NCBI GenBank assembly: GCA_012295275.1
Contig: CM022668.1
Location: forward strand, 434,001 to 498,000
DNA: 64,000 nt
From: Chrysomallon squamiferum
Lineage: Eukaryota; Animalia; Mollusca
Direction of reading: 5' to 3'
The translations under genes and the position numbers were made by a program. Of this stretch, positions 42,616 to 56,048 are shown piece after piece. Every line of letters starts with the position of its first letter. Position 1 is the stretch's first letter. Below the pieces are notes generated by a model. That model was not told the origin of the DNA. It did no database searches and was given only the letters and a program-made list of their open reading frames with translations.

Positions 42616-45008
42616 ATGAGAATGTTACATTTTACGTATCGATGTTTAAAAAGATTTAAACCGACATGCTGCAGATTACTAGTGACAAATTTGACAACTC
42701 ATTTTAGGGTTGTCACCTTAACAAAACCTCAAAGTATTTTTCAGAGTAATATACATTGCTGTCAAATTAAGCCATTTATCGATAAGGTGCACAGTTGTGA
42801 AAATAGACTGTTTTATTCAAATATCATTTCAAAAAGAACATTTTCCTCGTCAGATATAAAAGGTGAAGAATCAGATAAACCAAGTGATCCAGAGTTTGAT
42901 GATTTGTTAAAAGAGATTCAGTCAGATTTTAAACATAAGCCGTATATTAATACAAATGAGGTGAAGGAAAAGTCTGATGATCAATCAGAATCCGAGACTG
43001 AACACCATCCTGAACATCAAAATATTGAAGATGTTGAAAATTTTGGAATTGTTTCAGAGGATTCAGTTGAACCAGAGTGGACACCATCCATTTCTCTAAT
43101 TAGTATGCTGTACATGTTTCTTATTATTATATCTTTTAGTTATTATTTTTATTTAATTAAATGCATTTTATTTTTATTTATTTTTTTTTTTTTTTTAATT
43201 TCGTGACTGTTACATCATACTCTATTATTACTATTATTAATTACATTATATTTATATTATAGTTATTATAATCTTAACATGTAATCATATATCTTATAAA
43301 ATTCATATTCTGTTATGTTATGTTACAGTGTTCTATGCTGTACTATGCTGTACTATGCTATTCAGTGTTATGCTGTTAAATTATGCTACGATACATTTGC
43401 AGGAGGAAGACACGGTGTATTTGAGGTAGATGAACTGTGTGCATTGTTGCAAGATGAAAATGCTAAAGATCTCTGTGTTATTGAGATTCCTTCTGAGGCG
43501 AGGTTTGGAGATCACATGGTTATAGTGAATGCAAAATCAAAACGACACATGCGAGCCATAGTTGCCAGGTTACAGTGGATTGTATGTATAATTTATTTTT
43601 TTATATTTAATTTAATTTAATTTTTTATTTGTTTTATTTTGCTCAAAATGTTTAAATTAAATGAGTTTCAGAAAATTGTGGATAATAAATTGTAATATGA
43701 TCTGTTGCATAGCACTAAATAAAGAAAACTATTTCTAAACTTCCAAGTCATTGCTATATTAGTTTCTTGAGTCATTAAACATGCATATTTATATGTCACA
43801 GTGTAAAAGTAAAAAAAAAAAAATGTTTTGGTGATTATTATTATTATTTTTATTTATTTAGGATTTAATACGTTATGATAGGGATTCCAATTTTGGTGGT
43901 TCACAGATATAATGATGATAATCATTTTTTCTTGCTTGTTCATACAGTATTCAGTTCACATATTGTTCATATATTGTGGTTACACACACATATAGGTAGG
44001 CAAATAAAAAAATAGTTCTTTCATCATTTTGTATTTTGCAGCACAAGAGAAAGAAATCCAGTGGAGATTCCAGTCTGAAAATTGAGGGTCTTGATACTGA
44101 CACTTGGATGGCAGTTGATTTAGGTAAAGTTTTATTTCAAAAAAATTAGTTCATTAGCTCTCAAACCATTGGTGACCTGTTTGATAAGTTTAAAAATTAA
44201 AAATTTCTATAAATAAAAACTTAGGCAAAATATGAATATGGTGGAATAACAGTAAATATATATACAGTGGGACCTTTACTTACAAGTTTAATTTGTTCCA
44301 TGACCAAGCTTGTAACAAAAATTGCCTCATATATCAAATCAATTTTCCCAACTGAAATTAACTGAAATACCATTAATCCGTTCCACCCACCAAAACCACC
44401 CCATTTTTTTGGTAAAGTGTTTTTAAATAAGAAAAATGTATTTATAAATGACAAATATTGTACTGAAAAAAAAAAAAAAATTGTAAAGAAATAAATTGGT
44501 TTTATAAAGTGTATTTGTCTTGGAGATCAGACAAATTATTTTTATGCCTTTGACTGGAGTTACAGCCTTCATTAACTCCTTTTTGAGTATGGTACTACAC
44601 ATGACTGCCTAGCCAAGCTGACAATATGCACACCACGCTCATGTTTTTCTATGATTTCATTCTTTAATTCAATGAACATCATCCGTTTCTTCTTACCAGC
44701 ACTGTCCTTTGCACTCACTTTCTTCTCATCCATGGTCAGAAAAAAGAAATCTGGCAAAATACTGCACAAAACATGAACACAACACAACAGAGATGCTTAC
44801 GTGGCAAGGTAACCACGTAAAGGAAACAAGCGAGACACAGGATGCTGGCCGGATATTTTATTGTTCATTGCACCAACTAGTGACAACATATCTGAAGCTC
44901 GCTCATAACTCAGATTTTGGCTTGCAACTCAAAGCAGAAAATCAACCAAGCGACTGCTTGTAACTTGGAAAACTTGTAAGTTGGGGCACTTGTAAGTCAA
45001 GGTACCAC

Positions 45009-45039
<31 letters not shown>

Positions 45040-45518
45040 GCGATTATTAAAATCTTTTTACATTTGAGTCTGTGAAATGCTGGAATATTACTCAGTTTGT
45101 CGTGATATATGTGTATATATATATATATATAACAACTTTTTATGAAATTAACAGCTAGTAATTTTATAATTAATTTTAGAAAAAAACCCCAGATAAACAT
45201 GATTTTATTTGATTATTCCCAATTATAAAAACAAGAAGAATATTGATAACAATAATAACAAAAAATAATAGTTGTAATAGCGATTAATAATAATAGTAGT
45301 AATGACATATAATAAAAATAATCTAAACAAATTGTTTTATTTCAGGTAATATTATACTACATATATTTATGCCTGAAACACGGGAGGTTTATGACTTGGA
45401 GACATTGTGGACAGTGGGTCCAAAGTATGATGACAACTATCAACAGTCAGAAAGTCCATATGTTCTGTCTGAGATGGATCTGTTAGTGATGAATTTTAAG
45501 GATAAAACACCTGAATAG
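42616..45518 (+). CDS. MALSU1: Mitochondrial assembly of ribosomal large subunit protein 1 (RsfS/Iojap family); exons 42616-43102, 43403-43581, 44042-44123, 45346-45518
   Basis: Spliced translation: basic N-terminal presequence-like region, an acidic linker, then RGRHGVFEVDELCALLQDENAKDLCVIEIP...DHMVIVNAKSKRHM...WMAVDLGNIILHIFMPETREVYDLETLWTVG, the RsfS signature. Introns are GT-AG with consistent phases (1,0,1); TAG at 45516-18; AATAAA at ~45820. Confidence 0.95.
44265..45010 (-). mobile_element. Internally deleted Tigger/pogo element in MALSU1 intron 3
   Basis: TIRs CAGTGGGACCTTTACTTACAAG and reverse complement CAGTGGTACCTTGACTTACAAG; TA on the left, a (TG)n run on the right; truncated HTH-psq-like ORF MDEKKVSAKDSAGKKKRMMFIELKNEIIEKHERGV. 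Confidence 0.9.
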
Positions 45519-47523
45519 ATCTGTCTTCCCAAATATAAAGCGCACACACACACACTCATATATATAGTGTACGTTAAAAAAAAGAGTGAAATATGTATGT
45601 ACTTGAGTTACGTTCAGCATTCTCTGCATCATAGAAGAATGACAAAATTCTGTTTCATGTTAACATGTATCTGTAGTTGGATGAATATTGAGGTAAAAAC
45701 ATTATCAAATATATAGAAAGAGAAACTGTCAGATACAGTTGTAGATAGAGAGATATGCTCTTATATTTCTCAATAATTAAATTTTTTGTTAAAATATACA
45801 TGTGCTAATGAATAATTTAAATAAAAATTGTATACTTTTATGATATTGTATGTTTTCTTCTTTTATAAATGGTTTTTAATAACTCTCAAGATTTTTATAC
45901 TGATTATTAAACTTATTAAACTTATTACATAACAGACACAAAATTATTATCGGCATATATTTTGTAAACCAGTAACAGTACTCTAAACAGTACTCTTCAT
46001 ATCCTTTGAAGAGATTATTTAGTTTCTTGTCAAATAATGTGTAATCCAGATACATACGAAAAATCATAATCAACTGATGGAAATGTTAACTCTGCAAAAT
46101 TATTTGGTTTATCTGAATCATTTTACATTTAAGTCTGTGAGATGCTGGAAAATTACTCAGTTTGTCGGGATTATTTTACTTTTCAGTATATGAAATGGTA
46201 TCATAAATAAGAAAAATTGGCTGTTTATCTTGCGTTTGGGTTTATTTATGTTTTTTTATGTTTTTATATTACTAAAATAATTTTAAAGTTTTTTTTTTTT
46301 TTTTTTTGTTTTGTTTTTAATTTGAAATAATGCTGTTGTTACTGTGTGACGTAAAACTATTCTTATGACGTTATCTGTTTTCATGGCGTCTTCCAATATT
46401 ACATCTTAAAATGACGTGATGTTATTTTCCTTTTGTCGTATATGTGTTTTACTGGGTTTGAAAGGTAAGGAAAATGATTTTTGAATTTTTCAGTTCGAAG
46501 AGGAGATTGAAATGTTATAGAAATTAAAAAGTAGAAATCCATGATAGTTTTCATAAAGTTTAGAGTATAATTGCAGTCTAAAATGTATTAATTCATTCTT
46601 AGTCTTATCTAAAACACGTACATTTTAAATGAGTAAAAATGGTAATGAAATTAAAGTTGGTACATCATACCCGTTTCTTTTGATGACAAACTCCAACAAT
46701 CACTATGGCTTACAATTACCATGATAATGAGAACATTTGTCTTTATCATATTACCACATATTACCACATCTCCAACTATATCATGTTATATATCAAATTC
46801 AAGGTCCATTCCATTGAGGAGTAGTAATAGTACTAGTTGTCATAATAAAAGATGACTAGTAAATTTTTCATTGTAAGCATATTTCAAGAATGAAAACAGA
46901 TCATTGAAGACTGAAAGCTATCTAACAAACACACGAATATACACACATATCCTGCTATAGATTCATAAAAAACTCGCATATATATATTTTTTATTTTTTT
47001 ATTTTTTTTTAAAGATAAACACACTTACACCGTAACAGTTACTCTCTCACAAACATACAAATGCACTCACATATACATTATGTATGTGTATTCACTCCTA
47101 TGTAATTATATCTGAGTACGTCAGTTTTATATACGTGTGTGTGTGCGCGCGCGCCCGTATGGGTCATTTTATTGTATGTGTATGAATGTTTATATCTCTG
47201 TGTATACATCTTTAATTGATATAACTACATGTGAAATACTTTCGATATATACAACAATGGACATAAATCGATAACATCGCTGATTTTTTACAAAAACAAA
47301 ATCCTAATCATCTAATATGTATGGAAATTATACCAGTATATACACCGAACTGGAACCTCAGGAGATGCGGTTACGAGTTTAATTATAAAGAAAATCTATA
47401 CTATACAAGAAAGCTTTTGTCTGTTTTGTATATTTATTAACTGCAAAAAGTAAATTATAATAATATTTTTCTTCTTACATTACATATTCAAATAAATAAG
47501 ATTTAATAATAATAATAATAATA

Positions 47524-47530
<7 letters not shown>

Positions 47531-47613
<83 letters not shown>
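47531..47613. repeat. (GA)n microsatellite preceded by (AAT)n
   Basis: Direct reading. Confidence 0.97.
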
Positions 47614-47618
<5 letters not shown>

Positions 47619-50306
47619 AGGACGCACATCTCTTATAAAATAACTAATTTTCCAGTTGGCAGATACCAAATAAAAAATCGAATGTTAATTTTGTTTTGTT
47701 ATTATCATTATCGATTAAAACGAGCCGTTATTTACTCTCATCTTTTCAGAATTATATGAGAATTAATAGAATCTTTTGGTTTTACAAGTTTAACAATATC
47801 ATCCGACAAATGACTGCCATTTTTATGCTTTTTAGATTTCAAATTAAGGGAACTCTTGACAGGGACTGTGGTTATTGGTGGCAAACATCATTTCTGACAT
47901 AAAAGCAATTTATTCGTTACAAAACCGAGCCTGGTAAAACATTCCAGATTTTTGATTGGGTGGGTCCCTTGACAGCATATTATTAATCTAATTACAACAG
48001 TTTTTATAAAAATGAATCCTTGTTTTGTGTTATTATTGTTTTTATGATATGATAACATGTTTTTAAAATGCAATTTAAAACAAAGTTTTGCTTGTGAATG
48101 ACCCGATTGGCCAGTCAAAAGAAATCCCAAGTGCATATCCTATTTAAAACGACTTCTACCAACCGTTCGTGTACTCTTATTTTTTTTTTTCTCCTCTGTG
48201 TAAATTTAAAAACATGGTTTTCACAGATAATCAGATTAACAAGACAAGAAATTTATTTCTCTAAAGATTGCACAGCGTTCAGTATTGATAACATATAAAC
48301 AAAACGTGATTTATTAACACAAAACATTAATTTTAATTTACCCCGGAAGACTGACTCTGTCAGTGACAATTTGTTAAAATCATGAAAGTTTATACAAAAG
48401 TGATTTATTCTAAAGAAAACAAATGCTGAAATGTTATTGCATTTTGTCTAAGTGTATAATAATATGCTATATATTTACTTCTCTCAAAAGATAAAGATGC
48501 ACAGTTAAAAGCATAGTGGAACTCATCACCAATATCAGAATTACATAATCGCCCATATTTTGTCTTCTCTTTCAATATTGATCCATCTACCAGTATCTAT
48601 AGGAAGCTTGAATTACTGGTTCTAAATTTAGATAATTTTCTACTATGTGTGGCGGTTTTTTTTTAGTGTGTGTGTTTGTTTTTTTGTGTGTTTTTTTTTT
48701 CTTTAAACATTCTATAATTAATGCCTTTAAATGACTCAGTTTTATTTCTATTCCATTTCTGTAAGAACTGATCATATAAAATTATTTGAACTGCATGTTT
48801 TAACAACAATACATTCATTAGGACACATGAATATATTTTACATAAACCACATTCTTGTAGTATAGTTTTTATAGAAGGTAACCAAGGTATAGCATTTATA
48901 CTATGATAATACAATAACAACATGTATAGTACACATGACAACGTATGGTTTTTACAATTAACAACCTTTGCCCAAAATGAAATCATTCTTACTTTAACAT
49001 TTATAGACAATGGATCAACATAAACCTTGGTGTTGGCTTGTTAACACGTAATATATATTTTCAAAACTTGAGATGAAGTTTTTCAATTATATCTAAATTA
49101 CTAAAAACCCAGATTTCACGTCCATATCGAAATATTGGTTTTACAGGCTTGTCAGACAAATCTAACTGATAGTCGATTGATAAATTAAATTACCTACACG
49201 TTTTACAATATATTTTAAAACAGTGCAATTGATGATGTAAATCATCTACTGTTTCCGCTAACAGTACAGTATCGTCAGCATATAAAAACACAGGTAACTT
49301 AAGATACATACATTAATAGTTTTCGCAAGAAAATCTGTTTATTGATTCAATACATTTATAGTTTTTTGCGGCTGAACAGTTTACTAAATCATTTAAATAA
49401 AGTGAAAATGAAAAAAGGTGATAAATGTTCCCCTTGCCTTACTCCAATATGGCAAGGAAAATAGGGGCAGTGTACATATACTGAACCCCCTAAATTCTGA
49501 CTTTTATTGCTCAGTCCAGATGGAATGATCAGTCTAGTCGTAGCTGATAGATGTTAGATGCCCTAAGACACTCGTAAAGTAAAAACAAGTTTAACTCCTA
49601 AACTCCAAGTTTTATGGACCAATAAAAAAATACCGACAAAGGTTCAGTTTAGGGCCCTTGTGACTAATATTGAACCCTTTGGTTCAGTTATAGGGAAATC
49701 CGTGTATTCTTTGAAAATTCCATTTTCATTATATTATCTTTCGCCTAATTGAGGCTGCTGCACCACAGAATAAATCAAACAAAAAGGAAGAAAGGAATTA
49801 ACATCAATTCAAAATAGCATATTCATTGTGTCAGTTATATTGTCCAGATCCTCATATAAGTTGATCGTCATTTTTTATCGCAGCATGTCTGACTGTGTCA
49901 ACTCGGAAGTCAACTGAATGTTCATCCCCAGATCTGACGGTATTTTGATGTTGTGGTGTCTAGCTATTTACGGCTCTGTAAAACTGATTGACTGACTGAC
50001 TGATTGATAGGTCATTACAGATTAGTTGACTGAAATATTATTAATCATTCATTAATCACAATTACCGAAATTAAACAAACATTAAACATTTAAAAAATAT
50101 ATAAAATGAAACGTTAATTTATGAGATGAAGCCAAGCCAATATCATATATCAAAAGAAAGATACGGTCGTAAATTGATATCTGAAATATTATGGTTTTTC
50201 ATTAAACATTTTTCAGATTCTGATAACCAGCTATACTGCCTGAAATAATGATATTGTGAGAAAAAAACTACATATAAGAAAATAATAATAATAAATAAAA
50301 CAAATC

Positions 50307-50307
<1 letters not shown>

Positions 50308-50358
<51 letters not shown>
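50308..50358. repeat. (AAT)n microsatellite, followed by CA/TA-rich low complexity to ~50730
   Basis: Direct reading. Confidence 0.95.
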
Positions 50359-50361
<3 letters not shown>

Positions 50362-50593
50362 TAAAAAAAAACAACTTACACCAGTAATTTAAACAAAAAC
50401 CAAAAACAATAAAACATTCAAACATATGTGTGTGTGTGTATGTATATGTATGTATATATATACACATACACATATTCAGACACACAGACGCACAAACATA
50501 CGCAATGACATAAGTTCATGTACATATATATATACACACATTCAAACAGTCACACACACGCACAAACATATGCAGTGGCATAAGTACATGCAC

Positions 50594-50626
<33 letters not shown>

Positions 50627-51625
50627 ATCACCCGTACACCCACGCACGCACACTCTACACACTTGCATAAGTACACGTACAAACACATTTATACAGAAAC
50701 ACAAACACAAGAACACACACGCATACTCACATAGCCTATAAACGACAGGTTTAATTAGTAGATAATACAAACATACAAAGTAACAAGAAGAACACAGAAA
50801 CGTTTCCAGTTGCAGAATTAGTTATCTTGTTACCAAACACAGAATACATCAAGAGAAGCAGCATGAGAATACTAATCAATAAACACAGTCGTAAACTAAG
50901 TATCAAATAACTCACTCGCTCTCCTCTATAGGGACTTATATAGAGGTATGTCCAGGGAAGTCCTTCGTTATACCTAATTATATACATGTAAATAAATGTA
51001 TATCCAAGCAAGGCGACCTTTAAATATATAGCCATTGTTCTATAGAACGTTCATCGGATATGTCCAGGCAAGGCGTAAATACAGATAAATATAAACTGTT
51101 ATTTAGTAAACATCATTTATGGTTTGCTTTAAACTCCGTTCGACAGAGAGTACTGCGGAGGATTTTCAGGAAATACATGCTTTAAAAAGAAATCAATAAA
51201 ATTTGTTAATTTGCGTTGTACAGACTAAAATAAATATGTCCAGCAAAGTCAACCTTTGAATACAAATTAATAAATACAGTCGTTAATTAATCATAAAATC
51301 ACCTGACGTTTCTATGAATGAATGAATTGCACACAAATTAATACAAATATAGTCATCAAGTATTTCACCTTTCTGTTATTCAGTAAATTAAATCTAGGAT
51401 AGACCCAGCATGAAATAACATTTTTTTTAAGCTGAAGATAGAACAGCCAGCGTTTCCTGTAAAAAAAGGCCAGACCAGGAATGTTCAAAATCAATGCTTA
51501 TAAATAATTGTTGAAGAAAGATAAAATGTAAAAGTTTGTTATTTATTTTATATAGTAACTATAATCTACAAGGTTTGCTTTAACACAGTAGATAATAATC
51601 TTTATTTATTTGAAAAGAGATAAAT

Positions 51626-51628
<3 letters not shown>

Positions 51629-51720
<92 letters not shown>
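51629..51720. repeat. (TC)n microsatellite
   Basis: Direct reading. Confidence 0.97.
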
Positions 51721-51723
<3 letters not shown>

Positions 51724-52779
51724 TGCAGATATACATCGATTCTATCATAACCATCACAACAGAGATAGACATGAATGCAAACATACACATTTTTATATAA
51801 ACATGGCACTTACGCTTACTTAAGTACCGCTAATTATATCATGTTTCAATTTTTCAGATTATTTTCTTTTACGTAATCAATGTAATTACATTCACGGGCA
51901 GAATCGGAGAGGCGCGGATAGATATTTCTCTTTTACTTTTATTCATTTGTTTGGGTGTTTGTTTATAAATATGAAATGTTTCATGATGAAAAATATATTC
52001 ACCAAAACGACGACACCCTTCCATTTTTTTCCGAAATGACCTGCTGATACTCACTCGCGTTGTAAGTAATAGATACATTGTGTACTATTTGAGTGGTGAA
52101 ATAATTATACTCACAAACCATGTTTCGTATCTAATCCTCATTTTTAAATCGATTTTGACTTTTTACGTTACCGGAACAAAAACTCTTTCTTCTGTACCTC
52201 ACAAAAAAGTTTAATGTTTCTAAATAAATCCGCAAATTACTGTTCCGGTTTTAGGCAAGTAATTCTGCAACAAGAAAAGACATCGATTTGTACCTATGAC
52301 GCTTCTCTGCGGCACTTTAACCGCAGTTTTATAGAAAATTGTTCAAAATGAAAGCGTTAAACAGTGGTAAATTCAAGTTGACTTCGGCACAGTACATTAG
52401 TTTTTTAAGTAAAATAAAATAAAAAAGACAATAAAGGATATCTAATGTTAAATCAATGTCAACAACAAATTCTTCTACATTGCATACACAACGCAATGAC
52501 GAAATAAGCAACTGTTACATAATTTTTGAAAATAGAATGTTATTGCTTAGAAAAACTCTAAATTTGACAGTTTTAAAGTTTAGAATTTTCTGAAATTATT
52601 GCTTCTGATGTCTTACTGAAATTGTTCCAATTTCTGACAAAGGTTGAAATTAATAACCCCTTCAATCTAGGCAAATATACATAATATTGCATTACATTAC
52701 ATTATAATGTAAACAAAATCGCGTTATACAGATATGCTGCTGAACGTTATACAGAATGTCATTCTTGATAAATATAATG

Positions 52780-53537
52780 TTACGAGTGCTCCCACTTACC
52801 AGCAGCCACACGGTCGATTGTTTGCTTTGAGTTGCGAGCCAAAATTCGAGTTACGAGTTAGATTCAGATACGCCATTGCTAGTTGGCACAACGAATAATA
52901 CAACATCCGCCCAGCATCCTGCGTATCATTTGTTTGATTCACGTGGTTACCTCGCCGTGGAAGCATCTCTGTTGTGTTGTGATCGCGTTTTATGCGGTTT
53001 TTGCCAAATTTCCATGGATCCTAAGAAAGTGAGTGCAAAGGACAGTACTGAGAAGAAGAAGTGGATGATGTCCATTACATTAAAGTATGAAATCATAGAA
53101 AAACATGAGAGAGGCGTGCGTGTAGTCAAAGTGGCTAGGAAGTACGAGGGTAGTACTTTTACGATATGTAACATACTGAAACAGAAGGAGTCTATAAAGT
53201 CTTTATGTCCAGCCAAAGGCCTTAAAATAATTTCTAAGCTGAGAACATCTGTCCATGAAGAGCTTGAGAAACTCTAACCCGGTAGTCTTTACAAAACCAA
53301 TTTATTTCTTTATATTCTCTTTTATTATTTTTTTTTTTTTTGCAATATTTGTCATTTATATATACATTTTTATTATTTAAAAACATTTTAAAAAAACTTG
53401 GGGTGGCTTTTGGGGCGAAGGAACGGATTGATGGTATTTCAATTATTCATTTGGGAAAATTGATTTGATAAGCGAGCAATTTTGAGTTACGAGCTCTGTC
53501 TCGGAATGGATTAAACTCGTAAGTCAATGTACCGCTG
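52780..53537 (+). mobile_element. Second internally deleted Tigger/pogo copy (same family as 44265-45010, opposite orientation)
   Basis: ORF from ATG 53014: MDPKKVSAKDSTEKKKWMMSITLKYEIIEKHERGVRVVKVARKY...TICNILKQKE...HEELEKL (Tigger HTH-psq and start of the CENPB-type HTH). Right TIR CTCGTAAGTCAATGTACCGCTG is followed by TA; the left TIR is truncated. Confidence 0.9.
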
Positions 53538-53783
53538 TATTACAGTATATTGCGTATTCGTAATAGGCAAATAAATTACATCATATAGCATGTTTCTAAA
53601 ATGCAAACAAATTGTGTCATATTGCACATTAATAATATTCAAGTAAATTAGATCATATTGCACGTCCGTAATATACAAATGAATACATTATATAAATATA
53701 TTACGTTATGTTATGTTCGTAATACATATTACATTGTAATGCACATTTACAGAAGACAAATAGATTACGACATACACTTTGTT

Positions 53784-54725
53784 TTAAACATGATTCAGAG
53801 AATGTTGTTCCTCGCTAATTTCATACGCTTCACGTGACCATCTGCTTCTACAAACATTAATTGCCTCCCTCGTGTCTGTGCCTAACAGCCAGACAAATGG
53901 AACCAGAGCATGTGGGAGCAACCATAACGAAGATACCGAGGCGTGAATAAGATAGTGAGTTTTCATATCGCATTCATCTACAATCAGCAAAAATACAGTA
54001 TGTGGAAACTTCAAAACAACCGTCAGGCAACTGGCTACGAGGACATCTACCGGAAACGGACGAATTAGATCGTCATGTTCATCTCCTTGGAAACGTCTTT
54101 TCCATAAATGAATTGCCATGAGTAAGGTGAGTACTACACAAATAGAAAATGCTTGAGGAAAATAACTCATAATATGTACAGCCAGATCAAAATTATTATC
54201 GAGAGAAAATCTTCCAAAATACGACTCGTGCCATGCAGCAGCAATTGGAACGATAAAAACGCAACTACCCACCCAGCACGTGCCGACTAGAGCCGCCATT
54301 GTGCTGTAGTGTACGCCGGATTGACCGTCACGTCTGCCATTCCACATTATACTCTCCAAGCAAAGCGACGTCATCAAAAACATGTAAATAGAATTGATTA
54401 TATAATAGGCCATGTGCATATGTACCCACATACCATAACCGTGAATCCATTTCTTTCTTGCAAAGAGATCCAGTGCAAGAGATTCTGGGTAGGCTGCAAG
54501 AATTAGGGCGGCCACAGAAACATTGATAATGACGAAATATTTGGGTGTTTTGCGGAGCTTCGGAGAAGAAAGGCAAAGGATGACTATAAACAAATTTCCA
54601 ATTATAGAAGCACAGATAATAACAGTCTGAGGAATTAAGTATGGGTCTCTCTCCACTTCTGGAATTAAATATGGATCCAAGTCAGGCTTACGATAAAATA
54701 ATTGTGTTTTATTGTTAGTCGACAT
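53784..54725 (-). CDS. Intronless divergent class A (rhodopsin-like) 7TM GPCR, orphan, 313 aa
   Basis: About seven hydrophobic segments; TM1 'GN', 'LRKTPKYFVIINVSVA' entering TM2, ECL1 'WIHG', TM4 'W..S....P', prolines in TM5 and TM6, TM7 'VPFVW'; N-terminal NKT sequon. Confidence 0.88.
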   Translation of the reverse strand: MSTNNKTQLFYRKPDLDPYLIPEVERDPYLIPQTVIICASIIGNLFIVILCLSSPKLRKTPKYFVIINVSVAALILAAYPESLALDLFARKKWIHGYGMWVHMHMAYYIINSIYMFLMTSLCLESIMWNGRRDGQSGVHYSTMAALVGTCWVGSCVFIVPIAAAWHESYFGRFSLDNNFDLAVHIMSYFPQAFSICVVLTLLMAIHLWKRRFQGDEHDDLIRPFPVDVLVASCLTVVLKFPHTVFLLIVDECDMKTHYLIHASVSSLWLLPHALVPFVWLLGTDTREAINVCRSRWSREAYEISEEQHSLNHV

Positions 54726-55991
54726 CTTCTGATTTCCGCCAAATGATGTAATTAAAAAAGCGTTTCGTTCAAGTAGCTGATACCTGACCTAAGTTCGATT
54801 CTGCTGAAAATACAGAAAAAAAGAAAAAAAAAGAAACAAGTAATTAATAATTATTAGAAAACGAGAAACAGACAAAAATTTAGACAGAAAAATCAATAGA
54901 TAGACAGATATATTCACAGACAGATAGAGAGGCATACACAAACAAATTCGAACATATATACATACAGATATAGTAGTAGATATACGTCATTTTTTTTATT
55001 ATACATACGTATATAATATATTCATTCATACAGATAAATGAGTTGACACATAATACGTTGATGGACAGAGAGACAGACACCCAGCTAGATAGTCAGAGGG
55101 AGAAAGTCAAGGAGGAAGGATAGAGAATACAAAAAAGAATATAGTCGATATTTTTATGTTACGATTGTTTTACTGCCAGTCAGTCAACCATTTGTCCTGA
55201 TGCATATTAACTAGCAGTCTGGTTTAGATAAGAAAATGTTCTATAGCAGTGATACACTCCGATTAACAATGAAGCCAAAAATCTTGAACGCAACGAAAAG
55301 TCTGCACTGGAATGATTAATTTATTTATTCCTTAATCATATTCGATTTACTCACATTTTTGCTAATTGTTCTTATCTGTTATCTTTGACTTTATTATGCA
55401 ATATAGAACAAAAAATTCCATATGTACGTGTATATAAACAAAGAAAACAACAACAAACAAACATTTTCTTTGTCATGGTGAACAGTTAAATATAACAGTC
55501 GGACTGGAATGAAGAAAACTGAAATGGATTATTAAATTTTAAACCATTAATGCATCTTCAGTGCTTATTAAATCTTAATGTCTTGCCAGTTAAATAATGA
55601 AGGGCCAAGATTGGAAACCGTTATTAGTCTTTCCTTGGGGCATCATAATTAGTCTACGAGTAGTTAAACAGAAAGCAGAATATACTGGTCTGTTCACATT
55701 ACTTATAACGTATCGTTCTGTGTCCAATACAAACGTTTTGAACGTTTTCTGAATATATTGAAGCCAAAAAAAAATGTTTATTTATTGGCGTTTAGCTGAC
55801 AGGATAAATTGTGAATATGCATAATTCTATTCATTTTTATTCATAAGTGATAGTCTGGCGCTGATCTTTACTGGAGCTGTCAGTTTGGATTGCTTGTCAG
55901 TCGACAGTGGTTTGCAACCTTTGATCATGAGGTCGCATACGTAACTAGGGTCATCCTTAACATGGAGTCAGAACTAATCCACTCTTCGCGT

Positions 55992-55994
<3 letters not shown>

Positions 55995-56045
<51 letters not shown>
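55995..56045. repeat. (GA)n microsatellite
   Basis: Direct reading. Confidence 0.97.

Positions 56046-56048
<3 letters not shown>

Noticed and set aside
43103-43206. Hydrophobic C-terminal tail of the 196-aa ORF as a transmembrane anchor
   Set aside because: It is read-through into T-rich MALSU1 intron 1 past the donor at 43103.
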